From an uncultured Fodinibius sp. (GTDB lineage: Bacteria; Bacteroidota; Rhodothermia; Balneolales; Balneolaceae): 64,000 bases of DNA. Position numbers and translations under genes: made by a program. Shown here in pieces: positions 49,041 to 58,838 of this stretch; position 1 is the stretch's first letter, and every line of letters starts with the position of its first letter. The stretch covers positions 40,523-104,522 of the forward strand of contig CAJXOG010000010.1 of NCBI GenBank assembly GCA_913057775.1, in the 5' to 3' direction. The notes under the pieces are model-generated. The model had not been told where the DNA came from, searched no databases, and saw only the letters and a program-made list of their open reading frames with translations.

Positions 49041-50300
49041 TTAATTGGTTAGTTTGTTAAGGATCTCCTCAAAAGTATATGAATCTTCTTTGCTGGCTTT
49101 CATATTCCGAAGCGTGAATTTGCCCTCAGCCAGTTCATTGCCGCCGACTATAATTACATGACGAGCATTTTCGCGGTCGGCATCTTTCATCTGTGCTTTG
49201 ATCGAGCGACCAATGTAATCCATAGATGCCGAGAGTCCGGCTTTGCGAAGTTTGGGAAGATGCTTAAGTCCCCAGTTACGGGCTTCTTCACCGAGCGTAA
49301 CGATATATACATCCAGCATTTCTTCTTCAACAAGGTCGATTCCCAGCTCTTCGCAGGCAATGAACAATCGTTCCATACCGGCTGCAAATCCCACAGCTGG
49401 AGTATGCTGTCCGCCAATTTCTTCGATCAACAGATCATAACGTCCGCCGCCGCCAAGCGCATCTTGCGCCCCCAAATCGGGACTGATAAGCTCGAAAGCA
49501 GTACGCGTATAATAATCGAGTCCGCGTACCAAATATGGATCTTCTTCGAAAGGGATTTCCAGTTCTTTCAGTAACTCTTTGACTCGGGCGTAGTGAGCCT
49601 CAGTTTCCTTTGTAAGAAAATCAGTTATAACTGGTGCATCATCAATAAAAGGCTGATCCTCTTCCTCTTTGGAATCCAGAATTCGCAGGGAATTTTTTTC
49701 AAAGCGTTCATTGGAAATGTCGCTCATATCCTCGAGATGAGGACGAAAATAATCTTTCAGTGCTTCGGTATAAGCTTTTCGACTTTCGGGATCACCAACA
49801 GAGTTAATCTTCAGGGAGGTATTGCTGATGCCAACGCGATCATAAATCGACATCATCAGTGCGATAATATCCACGTCGGCAGCGGGATCGTCGGCGCCAA
49901 TAATTTCGGCCCCAAACTGATGGAACTGTCGCTGGCGACCTTTTTGTGGTTTTTCGGCGCGGAACATCGGTCCGATGTAGTATAGATTTTGCGTTCCGCC
50001 GCGCTGCTCTAAGTGATGTTCTACAAAAGCGCGCGCCACAGGTGCGGTACACTCGGGACGCAATACATACTGATCATCACCTCTTTCAAAGGCGAACATT
50101 TCCTTGGAGACGATATCAGTTAGTTGCCCCACGCCGCGAGCGATGAGCTCGGTTTGCTCCATAATGGGTGTACGGATCTCCTCGAAGTTAAACTTTTTGG
50201 CCTCTTCGTGAATAATGCGTTCCAGTGCTTGCCATTTTTTTACTTCGCCGGGCAGGATGTCCACCATCCCCACATGCGTGCTAAAGGTCTGTTGCGCCAT
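49041..50300 (-). CDS. hisS: histidine--tRNA ligase
   Basis: 419 aa. It has class II motifs and HisRS blocks: LRPECTAPVARA, YYIGPMFRAEKPQKGRQRQFHQFG, GGGRYD and GFAAGMERL. Confidence 0.9.
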   Translation of the reverse strand: MAQQTFSTHVGMVDILPGEVKKWQALERIIHEEAKKFNFEEIRTPIMEQTELIARGVGQLTDIVSKEMFAFERGDDQYVLRPECTAPVARAFVEHHLEQRGGTQNLYYIGPMFRAEKPQKGRQRQFHQFGAEIIGADDPAADVDIIALMMSIYDRVGISNTSLKINSVGDPESRKAYTEALKDYFRPHLEDMSDISNERFEKNSLRILDSKEEEDQPFIDDAPVITDFLTKETEAHYARVKELLKELEIPFEEDPYLVRGLDYYTRTAFELISPDLGAQDALGGGGRYDLLIEEIGGQHTPAVGFAAGMERLFIACEELGIDLVEEEMLDVYIVTLGEEARNWGLKHLPKLRKAGLSASMDYIGRSIKAQMKDADRENARHVIIVGGNELAEGKFTLRNMKASKEDSYTFEEILNKLTN

Positions 50301-50416
50301 GAATATAAATCAGTTCAGTTCTAAAAATAATTCGCTCCCAAGATAAGAGTCTCCCTGTAGAAATTCTCACCCAATTTCGTAAGGAGTGCGAGCAAAAAAG
50401 GTCTTACTTATAGTTA

Positions 50417-50426
50417 GCCACAGATC
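50417..50426 (+). repeat. left copy of 10-bp direct repeat GCCACAGATC flanking the GxxExxY gene
   Basis: This is an exact copy of the sequence at 50836..50845. A further CACAGAT lies at 50429..50435. Confidence 0.5.
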
Positions 50427-50444
50427 AACACAGATTATAGACTG

Positions 50445-50822
50445 ATGAATACTTATAGACATCACAAGTTGACCAGAAAAATCATCAAGGCATATTATGA
50501 AGTTTATAATGAGCTTGGCACAGGTTTCTTAGAGTCCATTTATGAGAAAGCAATATTTATAGTTCTTATAGATGATTGTGGTCTTGAAGTCGTTGCTCAA
50601 GAATCAATTGAAGTTCGATTTAGAAATAGGATGATAGGAAAATATCAGGCAGATTTGTTAATAGAAAACAAAGTGATAGTAGAATTAAAAGCTGTTTCTA
50701 AATTGATACCAGAGCATAAAGCACAATTGATCAACTATTTAAAAGCAACGGGTATTGAGATAGGGCTCTTGATGAATTTCGGTGATCAACCAGAATTTAA
50801 GCGCTTTATTTTTAATAAATGA
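50445..50822 (+). CDS. GxxExxY protein (PD-(D/E)XK nuclease superfamily)
   Basis: 125 aa. It has the eponymous motif GTGFLESIYEKA and a downstream D..(E)LK core (ADLLIENKVIVELKA). The size is typical of the family. Confidence 0.8.
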   Translation: MNTYRHHKLTRKIIKAYYEVYNELGTGFLESIYEKAIFIVLIDDCGLEVVAQESIEVRFRNRMIGKYQADLLIENKVIVELKAVSKLIPEHKAQLINYLKATGIEIGLLMNFGDQPEFKRFIFNK

Positions 50823-50835
50823 ATGATGGTATTTG

Positions 50836-50845
50836 GCCACAGATC
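50836..50845 (+). repeat. right copy of 10-bp direct repeat GCCACAGATC
   Basis: This is an exact copy of 50417..50426. It is followed by inverted copies of the core (ATCTGT at 50866 and ATCTGTG at 50876). Confidence 0.5.
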
Positions 50846-50901
50846 TTACATTGAGATTTTTAGAAATCTGTTTTTATCTGTGTAAATTAGTGACTATCAA
50901 A

Positions 50902-51888
50902 TTACATTCCGGTTAATACAATTTTGCCGGTGTTTTTATTGTTTTGCATACGCTGGTGGGCTTGTTCAGTATCCGTCCAGTCAAACGTAGAATCAATAAC
51001 AGGAGAGAGCGTTCCGGTTCTAAACAGGGAAAGTGCTTTCTGAGCAAAATCTTTAGTGAGATCAATTTTATATTGCTCGGATCGATTGCGTAACGTTGAT
51101 CCCATAATAGATAATCGCTTGCGCAAAATAGGTATTAAGCTCAGCTCTTCGATTTTGTGTCCGCCCAGAAACGACAAATAAACGACTCGACCATCCATGG
51201 CCATTACCTCCATGTTTTTATGCCAGTAGGGCTTGCCGATGAAGTCTACAACCACATCTACCGAATCGGGACCAACGTCACTGATGATCTCTTCAGCGTA
51301 ATTTTGCTGTTTATAATTATAGGCAAAGTTTGCTCCCAACTCTTTTGCCGCATCGAGTTTGTGCTGTTTGCCGGCCGTAGCAATGATTTGGGCATCATAT
51401 AAGTGATGGGCCAGCTGAATAGCGGAAGTGCCCACGCCACTGCCTGCAGCATGAATGAGCACGGTTTCTTTTTCTTGCAGTTTTCCGAGCCAATCTAGCG
51501 CCTGAAAAGCCGTCAAAAAGGTTTCGGGAATAGCTGCGGCTTTGTCAAAAGGTAGGTTCTCCGGAATTTCCATCGCCATATCTTCGTGAATGGTGCAGTA
51601 TTCCGCATATCCACCGCCGGCCAGTAATCCAAAGACACGATCGCCTAGGTTCCACTTAGTGACTTCGTTCCCCACTTTTTCTACTATTCCAGCCATCTCA
51701 AGTCCCAGAATTTCACTTGCGCCTTTAGGAGGAGGATAGTTTCCCGTTCGCTGAAGCAGATCGGCCCGGTTGAGAGCAGTTGCTTTAATTTTTACTCGGA
51801 TGGTCTTCGCCGAAAATTCGGGATCGGGGACTGTGCCAATTTCAAGAGTATTTTGTTCATCATTGTTGATAACCTGTATTGCTTGCAT
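50902..51888 (-). CDS. NAD(P)H:quinone oxidoreductase, zinc-independent MDR family (Qor/PIG3-like)
   Basis: 328 aa. It has GNYPPPKGASEILGLEMAGIV and the nucleotide-binding motif IHAAGSGVGTSAIQLA. Confidence 0.8.
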   Translation of the reverse strand: MQAIQVINNDEQNTLEIGTVPDPEFSAKTIRVKIKATALNRADLLQRTGNYPPPKGASEILGLEMAGIVEKVGNEVTKWNLGDRVFGLLAGGGYAEYCTIHEDMAMEIPENLPFDKAAAIPETFLTAFQALDWLGKLQEKETVLIHAAGSGVGTSAIQLAHHLYDAQIIATAGKQHKLDAAKELGANFAYNYKQQNYAEEIISDVGPDSVDVVVDFIGKPYWHKNMEVMAMDGRVVYLSFLGGHKIEELSLIPILRKRLSIMGSTLRNRSEQYKIDLTKDFAQKALSLFRTGTLSPVIDSTFDWTDTEQAHQRMQNNKNTGKIVLTGM

Positions 51889-51904
51889 GGTAGTAGAAGA
51901 TCGT

Positions 51905-53401
51905 TTAATTCTTTTGAGATAAAAGTGCTTTTGCTTGATTGAGAATGCTTTGAATAAGCTGATTTAATTCATCAGAAATATTCATGGCCCACAAGGGAAG
52001 AACGTAAGTGATAGTAACCACAACAGAACGCAAAAGTATATCTAAATAGTTGTTGGCGGGATGCGGTATGAGGTAAGCGACTGTAAGTGAGAGAATCCCG
52101 ATAAAGACTATCAGTAACATTTTCCATTGGAAAGGTTGCATGGAAAAGCGCAACCATACATAGAATAATTTGAGTGTATTATAAATGATGATTGCTGATG
52201 CGGTGCCAATAGCGGCACCGACAATTCCATATATAGGAATTAACAGATAATTTAAGATTACTGTTATGATAATGAGCAGTACTGTTGAATAGAAGTCAAA
52301 TCGGTAGTGCTTGGAATTAAGGATTATTGCTCCGTTAATGCCGGTTACCATGTCAAACATATTGGCCATGCCGATAATGATAATAACCATTGCACCTCCC
52401 GAGTATTCCTTGGGCAGTATGTCCATAAGGTTATACAGGCTGGCTATGACCCCGCAGAATAGTAATCCGCCGGCTAAAACTTGGTTTAAGGAAGATCGTT
52501 TATAGATCTGTTCGATAAGATCAAAGTTGTGCTCCTTGAAAGCATCTGCAATGACCGGAGATGATATTTTATAGATGGACTGTCGGGTAATAGTAATGGC
52601 TGATCCGATATAAAATGCGATGGCATAAATTCCGGTATCATCCAGACCAGCGAGGGAGCTGAGCATGATAATATCGATATTGGAGACAATAATGGAAGCA
52701 ATACCTCCGAAAAATGAAAACAGGCTGTAGTTCATCATCTTTTGAATAAGCGACCTGTTCAAGAAATAAAAATCGGGAATGAGCGATACGTTGGAGGTCC
52801 AGAGCATATAGACAAAAAGAATAAAAAGAACGATGCCATAGTTTAGGACAAACAGAATGACAAACTGATTGAACGTAAGCCACCCCATAAAGTAGATGAT
52901 GAGTAATAAGGCCGTTAAAACACGGACAACAACATCCATCAGGAATGAAGATAGGACGGTGTCGTAGAGTGCCTGCACAAATTTGGTAATGACATGGAAG
53001 AAAAGAATGGAGAAAGCAAGCGGCAATATAAACCAGTAATAGTCGAGAAGCAGCTCTGAACGTTCTACAAAATACTGGGTGATTTGGGGGCGGAAGATAT
53101 AGAGTCCCAATCCGAGCAGTAGAAAACCAATCAACGGAACAATAAGAGATAAAAATAAGAAACCGTGATGATTCTCTTCTTTATCTCTAAAAAAGGGAAA
53201 GAATCGTATGATGGTATTTTTGATTCCCAGGCTGCCCAGCTGGGTCGAAACCATGGCCAGTGACAACAGTACGCGGGTAAGCCCATACTGCTCGGGAGTG
53301 AGAATATTGGGATACATCCAGATAGTAACCACAAATCCCAGGGCTACGCCAATATAGGAGATGATCGTGTTTTGAATGCTTTGCCTGAATATGACTCCCA
53401 A
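51905..53401 (-). CDS. MOP-superfamily polysaccharide/oligosaccharide flippase (Wzx-like)
   Basis: 498 aa with a TTG start. About 14 TM helices run throughout, and the N-terminus (FRQSIQNTIISYIGVALGFV) is typical of polysaccharide biosynthesis proteins. It is the last gene of the glycan locus. Confidence 0.7.
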   Translation of the reverse strand: MGVIFRQSIQNTIISYIGVALGFVVTIWMYPNILTPEQYGLTRVLLSLAMVSTQLGSLGIKNTIIRFFPFFRDKEENHHGFLFLSLIVPLIGFLLLGLGLYIFRPQITQYFVERSELLLDYYWFILPLAFSILFFHVITKFVQALYDTVLSSFLMDVVVRVLTALLLIIYFMGWLTFNQFVILFVLNYGIVLFILFVYMLWTSNVSLIPDFYFLNRSLIQKMMNYSLFSFFGGIASIIVSNIDIIMLSSLAGLDDTGIYAIAFYIGSAITITRQSIYKISSPVIADAFKEHNFDLIEQIYKRSSLNQVLAGGLLFCGVIASLYNLMDILPKEYSGGAMVIIIIGMANMFDMVTGINGAIILNSKHYRFDFYSTVLLIIITVILNYLLIPIYGIVGAAIGTASAIIIYNTLKLFYVWLRFSMQPFQWKMLLIVFIGILSLTVAYLIPHPANNYLDILLRSVVVTITYVLPLWAMNISDELNQLIQSILNQAKALLSQKN

Positions 53402-53481
53402 AACGGTTGTTCGTTATTTAAAAAGGTGTGAGAACTTACTAATATTTCTGATTGGTTATCATAGAAGTTGTAAAGAAGATA

Positions 53482-54447
53482 TCACAATCCGATTTTACGT
53501 TTTATAATCTTTTTAAAAGCGGGTAAGGTGTACCGTTTATCATGGATAGAAAGTTTATTGAGATAGCTCAATTTTCCGCTTAGCATAATTTTAAATGCTG
53601 TATATATTTCCTCGAGCGCTATTCGGATATGAATGCTATAGTTGTATTTATAATCTGAATAGTCATTGAATTCAAAAAGCATTTTTTTTAATGATTGGAG
53701 GTATTTATCCAGGTGTTGTGCTTGGTTGCTCAAATTACTCCAAGAGTTAGTATGTCCGCTCCGGTAGCAGCTCATTATATCCGGTAGGGCTCCGATTTTA
53801 CCGTGCTCGATAGCCAGCAGATACAGTGAATAATCGCCGACATAGGCATCCACAAACCAGTCTGGCATTTTTGTCAGTATATCGCTCCGAAAAAAGACAC
53901 TGTTTGTAGCACAAAATCCACCTCCTTTTTCAATAATTTTTTCTGGTTTGATTATTGATTGAGTCTTTATATTTGGAAAGATAGATTTCTGTAGCCCTTT
54001 TTCATCAATTATATAAGCGTTATGCAGTGACATAGAAATATCTACACTTGATTCCATGAAGTCATATTGTTTTTGCAATTTCCGGGAATCAATCCAATAG
54101 TCATCACCGTCGCAGAAAGCTATATATTTACCGCGGGCTACCTTTAGGGTTTCCAAAAAGTTATGGCGACCGGTAGGGTTACCATTAATATAGCGCACAT
54201 TTTCTCTCGAGCGCAGAAATAGCCGAATGTTCTCCGGATGTTGTTCTGCTAGCTGCTTGCAGATTTCTCGTGTTCCATCGTAGGATTCATCTTCCCCAAT
54301 AATAATTTCTATTGGGAAGTTCGTCGTTTGATCGAGGGCACCTTTCACGCATTTTTTGATGTATGCAGCATGTTGATAAGTGGTAATACAGACTGATACC
54401 TGCGGTTCTATTTCATTTATCGCTTTTTCTGTTCCAAGGTATTCCAT
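53482..54447 (-). CDS. glycosyltransferase family 2
   Basis: 321 aa. It has VSVCITTYQHAAYIKKCVKGALDQT...IIIGEDESYDGT and the DxD-type motif FCDGDDYW. Its start lies 31 nt inside the upstream sulfotransferase ORF. Confidence 0.8.
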   Translation of the reverse strand: MEYLGTEKAINEIEPQVSVCITTYQHAAYIKKCVKGALDQTTNFPIEIIIGEDESYDGTREICKQLAEQHPENIRLFLRSRENVRYINGNPTGRHNFLETLKVARGKYIAFCDGDDYWIDSRKLQKQYDFMESSVDISMSLHNAYIIDEKGLQKSIFPNIKTQSIIKPEKIIEKGGGFCATNSVFFRSDILTKMPDWFVDAYVGDYSLYLLAIEHGKIGALPDIMSCYRSGHTNSWSNLSNQAQHLDKYLQSLKKMLFEFNDYSDYKYNYSIHIRIALEEIYTAFKIMLSGKLSYLNKLSIHDKRYTLPAFKKIIKRKIGL

Positions 54448-55238
54448 CTAAAATGTTTTTCAATTTCAAGAAATCGGTCATCCGTTTTGATCTCATTTAT
54501 GATAACGGGATTAAGCTGGCTTGTCCATTCAAATCCGGTTTTATTTTTCCGGTACACATCATAGGGATCATCTGATGTGGAAGCGGTGCTTTCTTCTAAA
54601 AAAGCCTCCGTCTGTTCATTCAGGGCAAGACCTGCGAAATCAAAAGCTTCCCTGGTGTTTTTTAAAGGGTTATCAACTAGTTTTTCATAGCATAGCAGGT
54701 GAAAGCGATTTGGAAAGTTTTTCTGAAGACGTAGAAACATTCGAGTGGCATCCAGCCAACGTTCATACCCGTAGAAATCGTGTTCAGAAGTATTCTTCTT
54801 ATGAGCGTACCGCCACTCCTCTAATATATCCCATTGTTCATCGAATTCTTTTGGAGCATTATGCCAGGAATGAATGGTTCCGCAGGGATGCCGTACAATG
54901 CCAACAACCTTTATTTTTGATTGTTTTAAAAGATTGTGAATGATATCGAGGTATCGGACTTCTTTCCATACCAGATGAGTACGCTGCGTTTTGGAAAATG
55001 TTGGCGTTTGGTTGCCGCTTATATTCTGTCTTTGACAAACAAAATCGTCATTTGTTTGCAATAGCTTTTCATGAAAATGGGTAATCTCTTTTTGACTGCT
55101 CTCGGCAGTGAGACTCTCATCAAACGAATAGGCAAAAATCGGTTGATAGCGGTAAACTACATTTGGAGAGCTGTTGAAAATTTGGCCGAGCCAGGAAGTT
55201 CCCGATCGAGGTACGCCGAAAATTGCTACGTTCTGCAT
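54417..55238 (-). CDS. PAPS-dependent sulfotransferase family protein
   Basis: 273 aa with no signal peptide. The 5'-PSB-type loop FGVPRSGTSW starts at residue 7, and the 3'-PB-like segment is GIVRHPCGTIHS. Confidence 0.75.
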   Translation of the reverse strand: MQNVAIFGVPRSGTSWLGQIFNSSPNVVYRYQPIFAYSFDESLTAESSQKEITHFHEKLLQTNDDFVCQRQNISGNQTPTFSKTQRTHLVWKEVRYLDIIHNLLKQSKIKVVGIVRHPCGTIHSWHNAPKEFDEQWDILEEWRYAHKKNTSEHDFYGYERWLDATRMFLRLQKNFPNRFHLLCYEKLVDNPLKNTREAFDFAGLALNEQTEAFLEESTASTSDDPYDVYRKNKTGFEWTSQLNPVIINEIKTDDRFLEIEKHFRWNTLEQKKR

Positions 55239-55239
55239 A

Positions 55240-55941
55240 TCATACCAAGTTATAGGCTGTTAAATGATCATCGCGAATTTTCTCCGGAGCATTAAACATC
55301 ATAACATCAATAATTGATAACCCTGGTACAAAATCGTTATCGAACTGTTCGTACTCTTTTAGGGATGGCTCAATGAATTGTAGTGTGACGCCATCGTTTA
55401 GGAATTCCTCTTTGTTGTAAAGCTCTTTTCCGCCCGTGGGATTTATATAAGTTGTCATTTTCTCTTTTTTACAGATGTCGATAAGTCGTTCTGCTTTCCC
55501 AAGGTCGGTGTTATTGTATTCTTCGGAACTGACTTTAAATGTGGTATCCATGTTCAGATAACTGCTGGTTTGGCGGACACTTTGCATTGCCAAATCGGCA
55601 ATATAGCTACTTTCTGTTTGTAACACATTTTCAACGATAGGAAATATATCATCAAAAAAGGGAGCATTGCTATAAGAGAATTTGATCTTCCGTAGAAGTT
55701 TGCCCCGCTTTTTGTCTGTCATTGCATGCTTGACCTCGTTGATGAGCTTGTTCTGTGAGGCATCTTTGCATGGAATGGTAAAGTAGTTCTCCTCTCCATT
55801 TATAAGTACTTTATTTCTATTGATCCATCCCCGCGTAATAAAATTTACATCATTATAGAAGACAAAGGTATCAACCTCAGATATTAGCTGAAAATATCCT
55901 ATGTAGGGAAAAAGATATGGCTGGACAATTCCGATACTCAT
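55240..55941 (-). CDS. WbqC family protein
   Basis: 233 aa. The N-terminus IGIVQPYLFPYIGYFQLI is characteristic of WbqC-like proteins, and the gene lies in a polysaccharide-locus context. Confidence 0.7.
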   Translation of the reverse strand: MSIGIVQPYLFPYIGYFQLISEVDTFVFYNDVNFITRGWINRNKVLINGEENYFTIPCKDASQNKLINEVKHAMTDKKRGKLLRKIKFSYSNAPFFDDIFPIVENVLQTESSYIADLAMQSVRQTSSYLNMDTTFKVSSEEYNNTDLGKAERLIDICKKEKMTTYINPTGGKELYNKEEFLNDGVTLQFIEPSLKEYEQFDNDFVPGLSIIDVMMFNAPEKIRDDHLTAYNLV

Positions 55942-55942
55942 G

Positions 55943-56926
55943 TTATAAACTACTTATAAGTTCGCGCTTCAATTTCTGTCGGTCTCGGAGAAGATCCGAG
56001 GTTTTCTTATTTGATCGTATTTTTTGCTTCAGAAGCTCTTTAACCTTATTGAAATATTGATAATTGTTTTTTCCGATAGCAGGAGACCATTGTGCATCAG
56101 TTTCTAATTGATAGTCAAGTGCTTCCATCTGCTGTTTACAAACAGATTCAATAATCAAGGTTTGTTTTTGAGAAAGAATATCTACGTAATTCTTTTTGTT
56201 TGATGAGTCAATGGGTTTGTTCAGGTTCTTCCACAGCACATTCCGATTTGCTTCCTCATTATTCTGTTCATTTTGGAAGCACTGCTCGTCGACATTCATG
56301 TCCAGATATTCTAACAGTGACGTCAGAGTCTGTTCGGTATCCGTAATAAGCTCTTCATAACTTAGCTGATGATACGACAGGTTATAGGCACGATGCAATG
56401 CGAAACACTTTTTTTGATCTTCTTTCCACGATTGAGCTGCTTCATAGGCGGTAAAATAAAGTATATTATTTTTTAGCCAAGAGCTCACGACATCGCGTGG
56501 ATCACGGTGGAGAAAGAGCCAGTCTATGCCAGACAAGCTGGCCATTACAAGTCCGCTGTAATTAAACAGATGTCTTTCTTTGCATACATATCCTGCTTTG
56601 TTATCCTCCCGGGCTTTTGTAGCGTATAAGGCATCCACAGTTTCAATAAAATTTTGGGGAGCAAATTCAGAATAGATATCTTCCGCCGATATCTTAAGAT
56701 TCCAGTCACTGAATGGGTGATTGGCATATGTTATCAGCTTTGAAATAAGCGAAATGCTGTTTTCCCTTTTTCTGAGGTCTCCAAACTTTTCAATATGAGG
56801 AGTAAAGCTATCAAAAAACTGTGGAGATACCGGTGCTGAAAGATTAGGGTGGTTACCCAGAAGAACGCGCAGCAAGTTGCTGCCAGACCGTTCTGAATAA
56901 AGGATAAATACTCTTTTGAGGTCCAT
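55943..56926 (-). CDS. PAPS-dependent sulfotransferase family protein
   Basis: 327 aa. The 5'-PSB-like segment is ILYSERSGSNLL and the classical 3'-PB segment is LHRDPRDVVSSW. Confidence 0.75.
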   Translation of the reverse strand: MDLKRVFILYSERSGSNLLRVLLGNHPNLSAPVSPQFFDSFTPHIEKFGDLRKRENSISLISKLITYANHPFSDWNLKISAEDIYSEFAPQNFIETVDALYATKAREDNKAGYVCKERHLFNYSGLVMASLSGIDWLFLHRDPRDVVSSWLKNNILYFTAYEAAQSWKEDQKKCFALHRAYNLSYHQLSYEELITDTEQTLTSLLEYLDMNVDEQCFQNEQNNEEANRNVLWKNLNKPIDSSNKKNYVDILSQKQTLIIESVCKQQMEALDYQLETDAQWSPAIGKNNYQYFNKVKELLKQKIRSNKKTSDLLRDRQKLKRELISSL

Positions 56927-56929
56927 AGT

Positions 56930-58012
56930 TTAAACGCTTTTTATGATCTTACATATTTTGCCAATTGTCTTTTCAGAAAGCTCATGATAAAAGGGTAGAC
57001 ATAAAATCTGTTTCGAAATCCGATTTGCAACAGGTGTAGCATTTTTTCCATCCACGTAATCGAGATCGGAAAGCAAGGGATAGAAGTAACGGCGTGTTTG
57101 AATATTTGCTTTGGTTAACCTTGCCTGGACTTTAGTAAGCTGTTCTTCACTGTTGAACAACACAGGGTAATAGGAAAAGTTGTACTCTGCGTGGGATTGT
57201 ATGGAAGGTTTGCTAACGTCAACATCCTTCAAATAGTGGTCATAAAATTTGCTTAGTTCTTTGCGTTGAGCAAGGACCGAATCAATATACCGGAGATTAA
57301 CCAGTCCCATAGCCGCATGCAGCTCAGAATTTTTACCGTTGATGCCTACGCCGGTAAAGTTATTTAGCCCATCGTGGCCAAAATTCCGCATAAGGTTTAT
57401 TTTTTGTCGCAAGTCGGGATTATCAGTCACAATTGCTCCCCCTTCTACCGTGTGGAAAAGCTTTGTGGCGTGAAAACTGCATGTACTGATATCTCCGAAG
57501 TTAAAGATGGACTGTCCCTTGTATTTTGTTCCAAAACAGTGGGCCGCATCGTAAATAACTTTAAGTCCATGGCGGTCTGCGATGGCTTGTATACTTTCAA
57601 TATCACAAGGATTCCCATAAACATGAGTGGCAATAATAGCTGATGTTTGCGGAGTAATCGCTTCTTCAATTTTCTGCGGATCTAGGTTGAATGTATTCGG
57701 ATCGATATCAACAAAAACGGGAGTGTAATTTTCCCAAACAATGCTGCTTGTGGTTGCTACATATGAAAAAGGTGTTGTGATGATTTCGCCTTGCAGGTCC
57801 AAGGCTTTCATGGCAATTTGAAGTGCAATAGTACCATTGCTAACTAAACTGAGTTCTTCAACACCGAGATAGTTCATCAGCTTACCTTCCAACTCCTGTA
57901 CCAAAGGGCCGTTATTCGTAAGCCAGTTGCGATCCCAAATATCTGCGAGGAATGATTCGTATTCCTCACGCGGAGGTAAAAAAGGTTGTGTGACAGGTAT
58001 CTTATCTTCCAT
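56930..58012 (-). CDS. DegT/DnrJ/EryC1/StrS family sugar aminotransferase (PLP-dependent)
   Basis: 360 aa. It has the N-terminal PFLPPREEYE...GPLVQELE and the PLP-lysine context SFHATKLF, and aligns by eye to nucleotide-sugar 3-/4-aminotransferases. Confidence 0.85.
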   Translation of the reverse strand: MEDKIPVTQPFLPPREEYESFLADIWDRNWLTNNGPLVQELEGKLMNYLGVEELSLVSNGTIALQIAMKALDLQGEIITTPFSYVATTSSIVWENYTPVFVDIDPNTFNLDPQKIEEAITPQTSAIIATHVYGNPCDIESIQAIADRHGLKVIYDAAHCFGTKYKGQSIFNFGDISTCSFHATKLFHTVEGGAIVTDNPDLRQKINLMRNFGHDGLNNFTGVGINGKNSELHAAMGLVNLRYIDSVLAQRKELSKFYDHYLKDVDVSKPSIQSHAEYNFSYYPVLFNSEEQLTKVQARLTKANIQTRRYFYPLLSDLDYVDGKNATPVANRISKQILCLPFYHELSEKTIGKICKIIKSV

Positions 58013-58057
58013 TGAGTACGTTTTTTCGACAAGTCATTTTATAATAAAAGATGCTCA

Positions 58058-58807
58058 TCAGGATTTGTTAGAATGCTTGTGATAATCGTTATCAACGTTG
58101 ACCTCTAAAAAGTCGCCCAGCTTTTTCCACTTATCCGGGTCCTCAAGTTGTGTAGTAAATAGCCTTTCAGGGTTTGAGTTTTCAAAAAAAGTGATGACTT
58201 CTTTGTTATAATCCTCATAAACCTTTGTATAGTGCTTCCTTTTCCCTTTTAGGCTCATAAGGTTATCGCTTTTGTTAAGCGTGGGATGAAAGTCATCGTC
58301 ATCTTCCAGTCGATTGTAAAATTCCGGTAATCGATTATACACTTGACAGTGGCGAAAAGTATTTCCCGGGGTTTTTCCATCAGAATGTCTCAACATTGAA
58401 TCGAACCATTCCTCACTATCCCTTTGCAATAAAATAAATTTACTATTTGGAAACCGGTTAAACAGTTTTTTATACATATCGGGATGATACCACGGTGAAT
58501 CTTCAAAGGCATTATATGCTTGAAAAGCGGTAGATTTAAAAATAGCCTCATCGTTGCCTGTGGAGTAAAGATACGGCCAGTTATAATAATCTGAAACAGT
58601 CCATCCGGCTACGGAATAGCCGTGATCAGCCAAGAAGTCACCCGTTGAAGTTGTTCCTGTTCGCTGCATGGAGATGCAGAAAACCCGGTCTTTTGAAGGT
58701 TTTAACAGTTTGTTGAGTGCTCTTCTTGCAAATATGTTTACTCCTGTAGGAAAATAATCTGCTAGCTTCTCTATCATAAAATATTCATTGCGGGGAAAAA
58801 CAACCAT
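58058..58807 (-). CDS. sulfotransferase family protein (Sulfotransfer_4-like)
   Basis: 249 aa. The P-loop-like segment is FCISMQRTGTTSTGDFLADHGY, followed later by LLQRDSEEWFDS. An in-frame Met at codon 11 is an alternative start. Confidence 0.6.
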   Translation of the reverse strand: MVVFPRNEYFMIEKLADYFPTGVNIFARRALNKLLKPSKDRVFCISMQRTGTTSTGDFLADHGYSVAGWTVSDYYNWPYLYSTGNDEAIFKSTAFQAYNAFEDSPWYHPDMYKKLFNRFPNSKFILLQRDSEEWFDSMLRHSDGKTPGNTFRHCQVYNRLPEFYNRLEDDDDFHPTLNKSDNLMSLKGKRKHYTKVYEDYNKEVITFFENSNPERLFTTQLEDPDKWKKLGDFLEVNVDNDYHKHSNKS

Positions 58808-58838
58808 ATGTAAGAATTAGTAGTAATCCCCACTTTCA

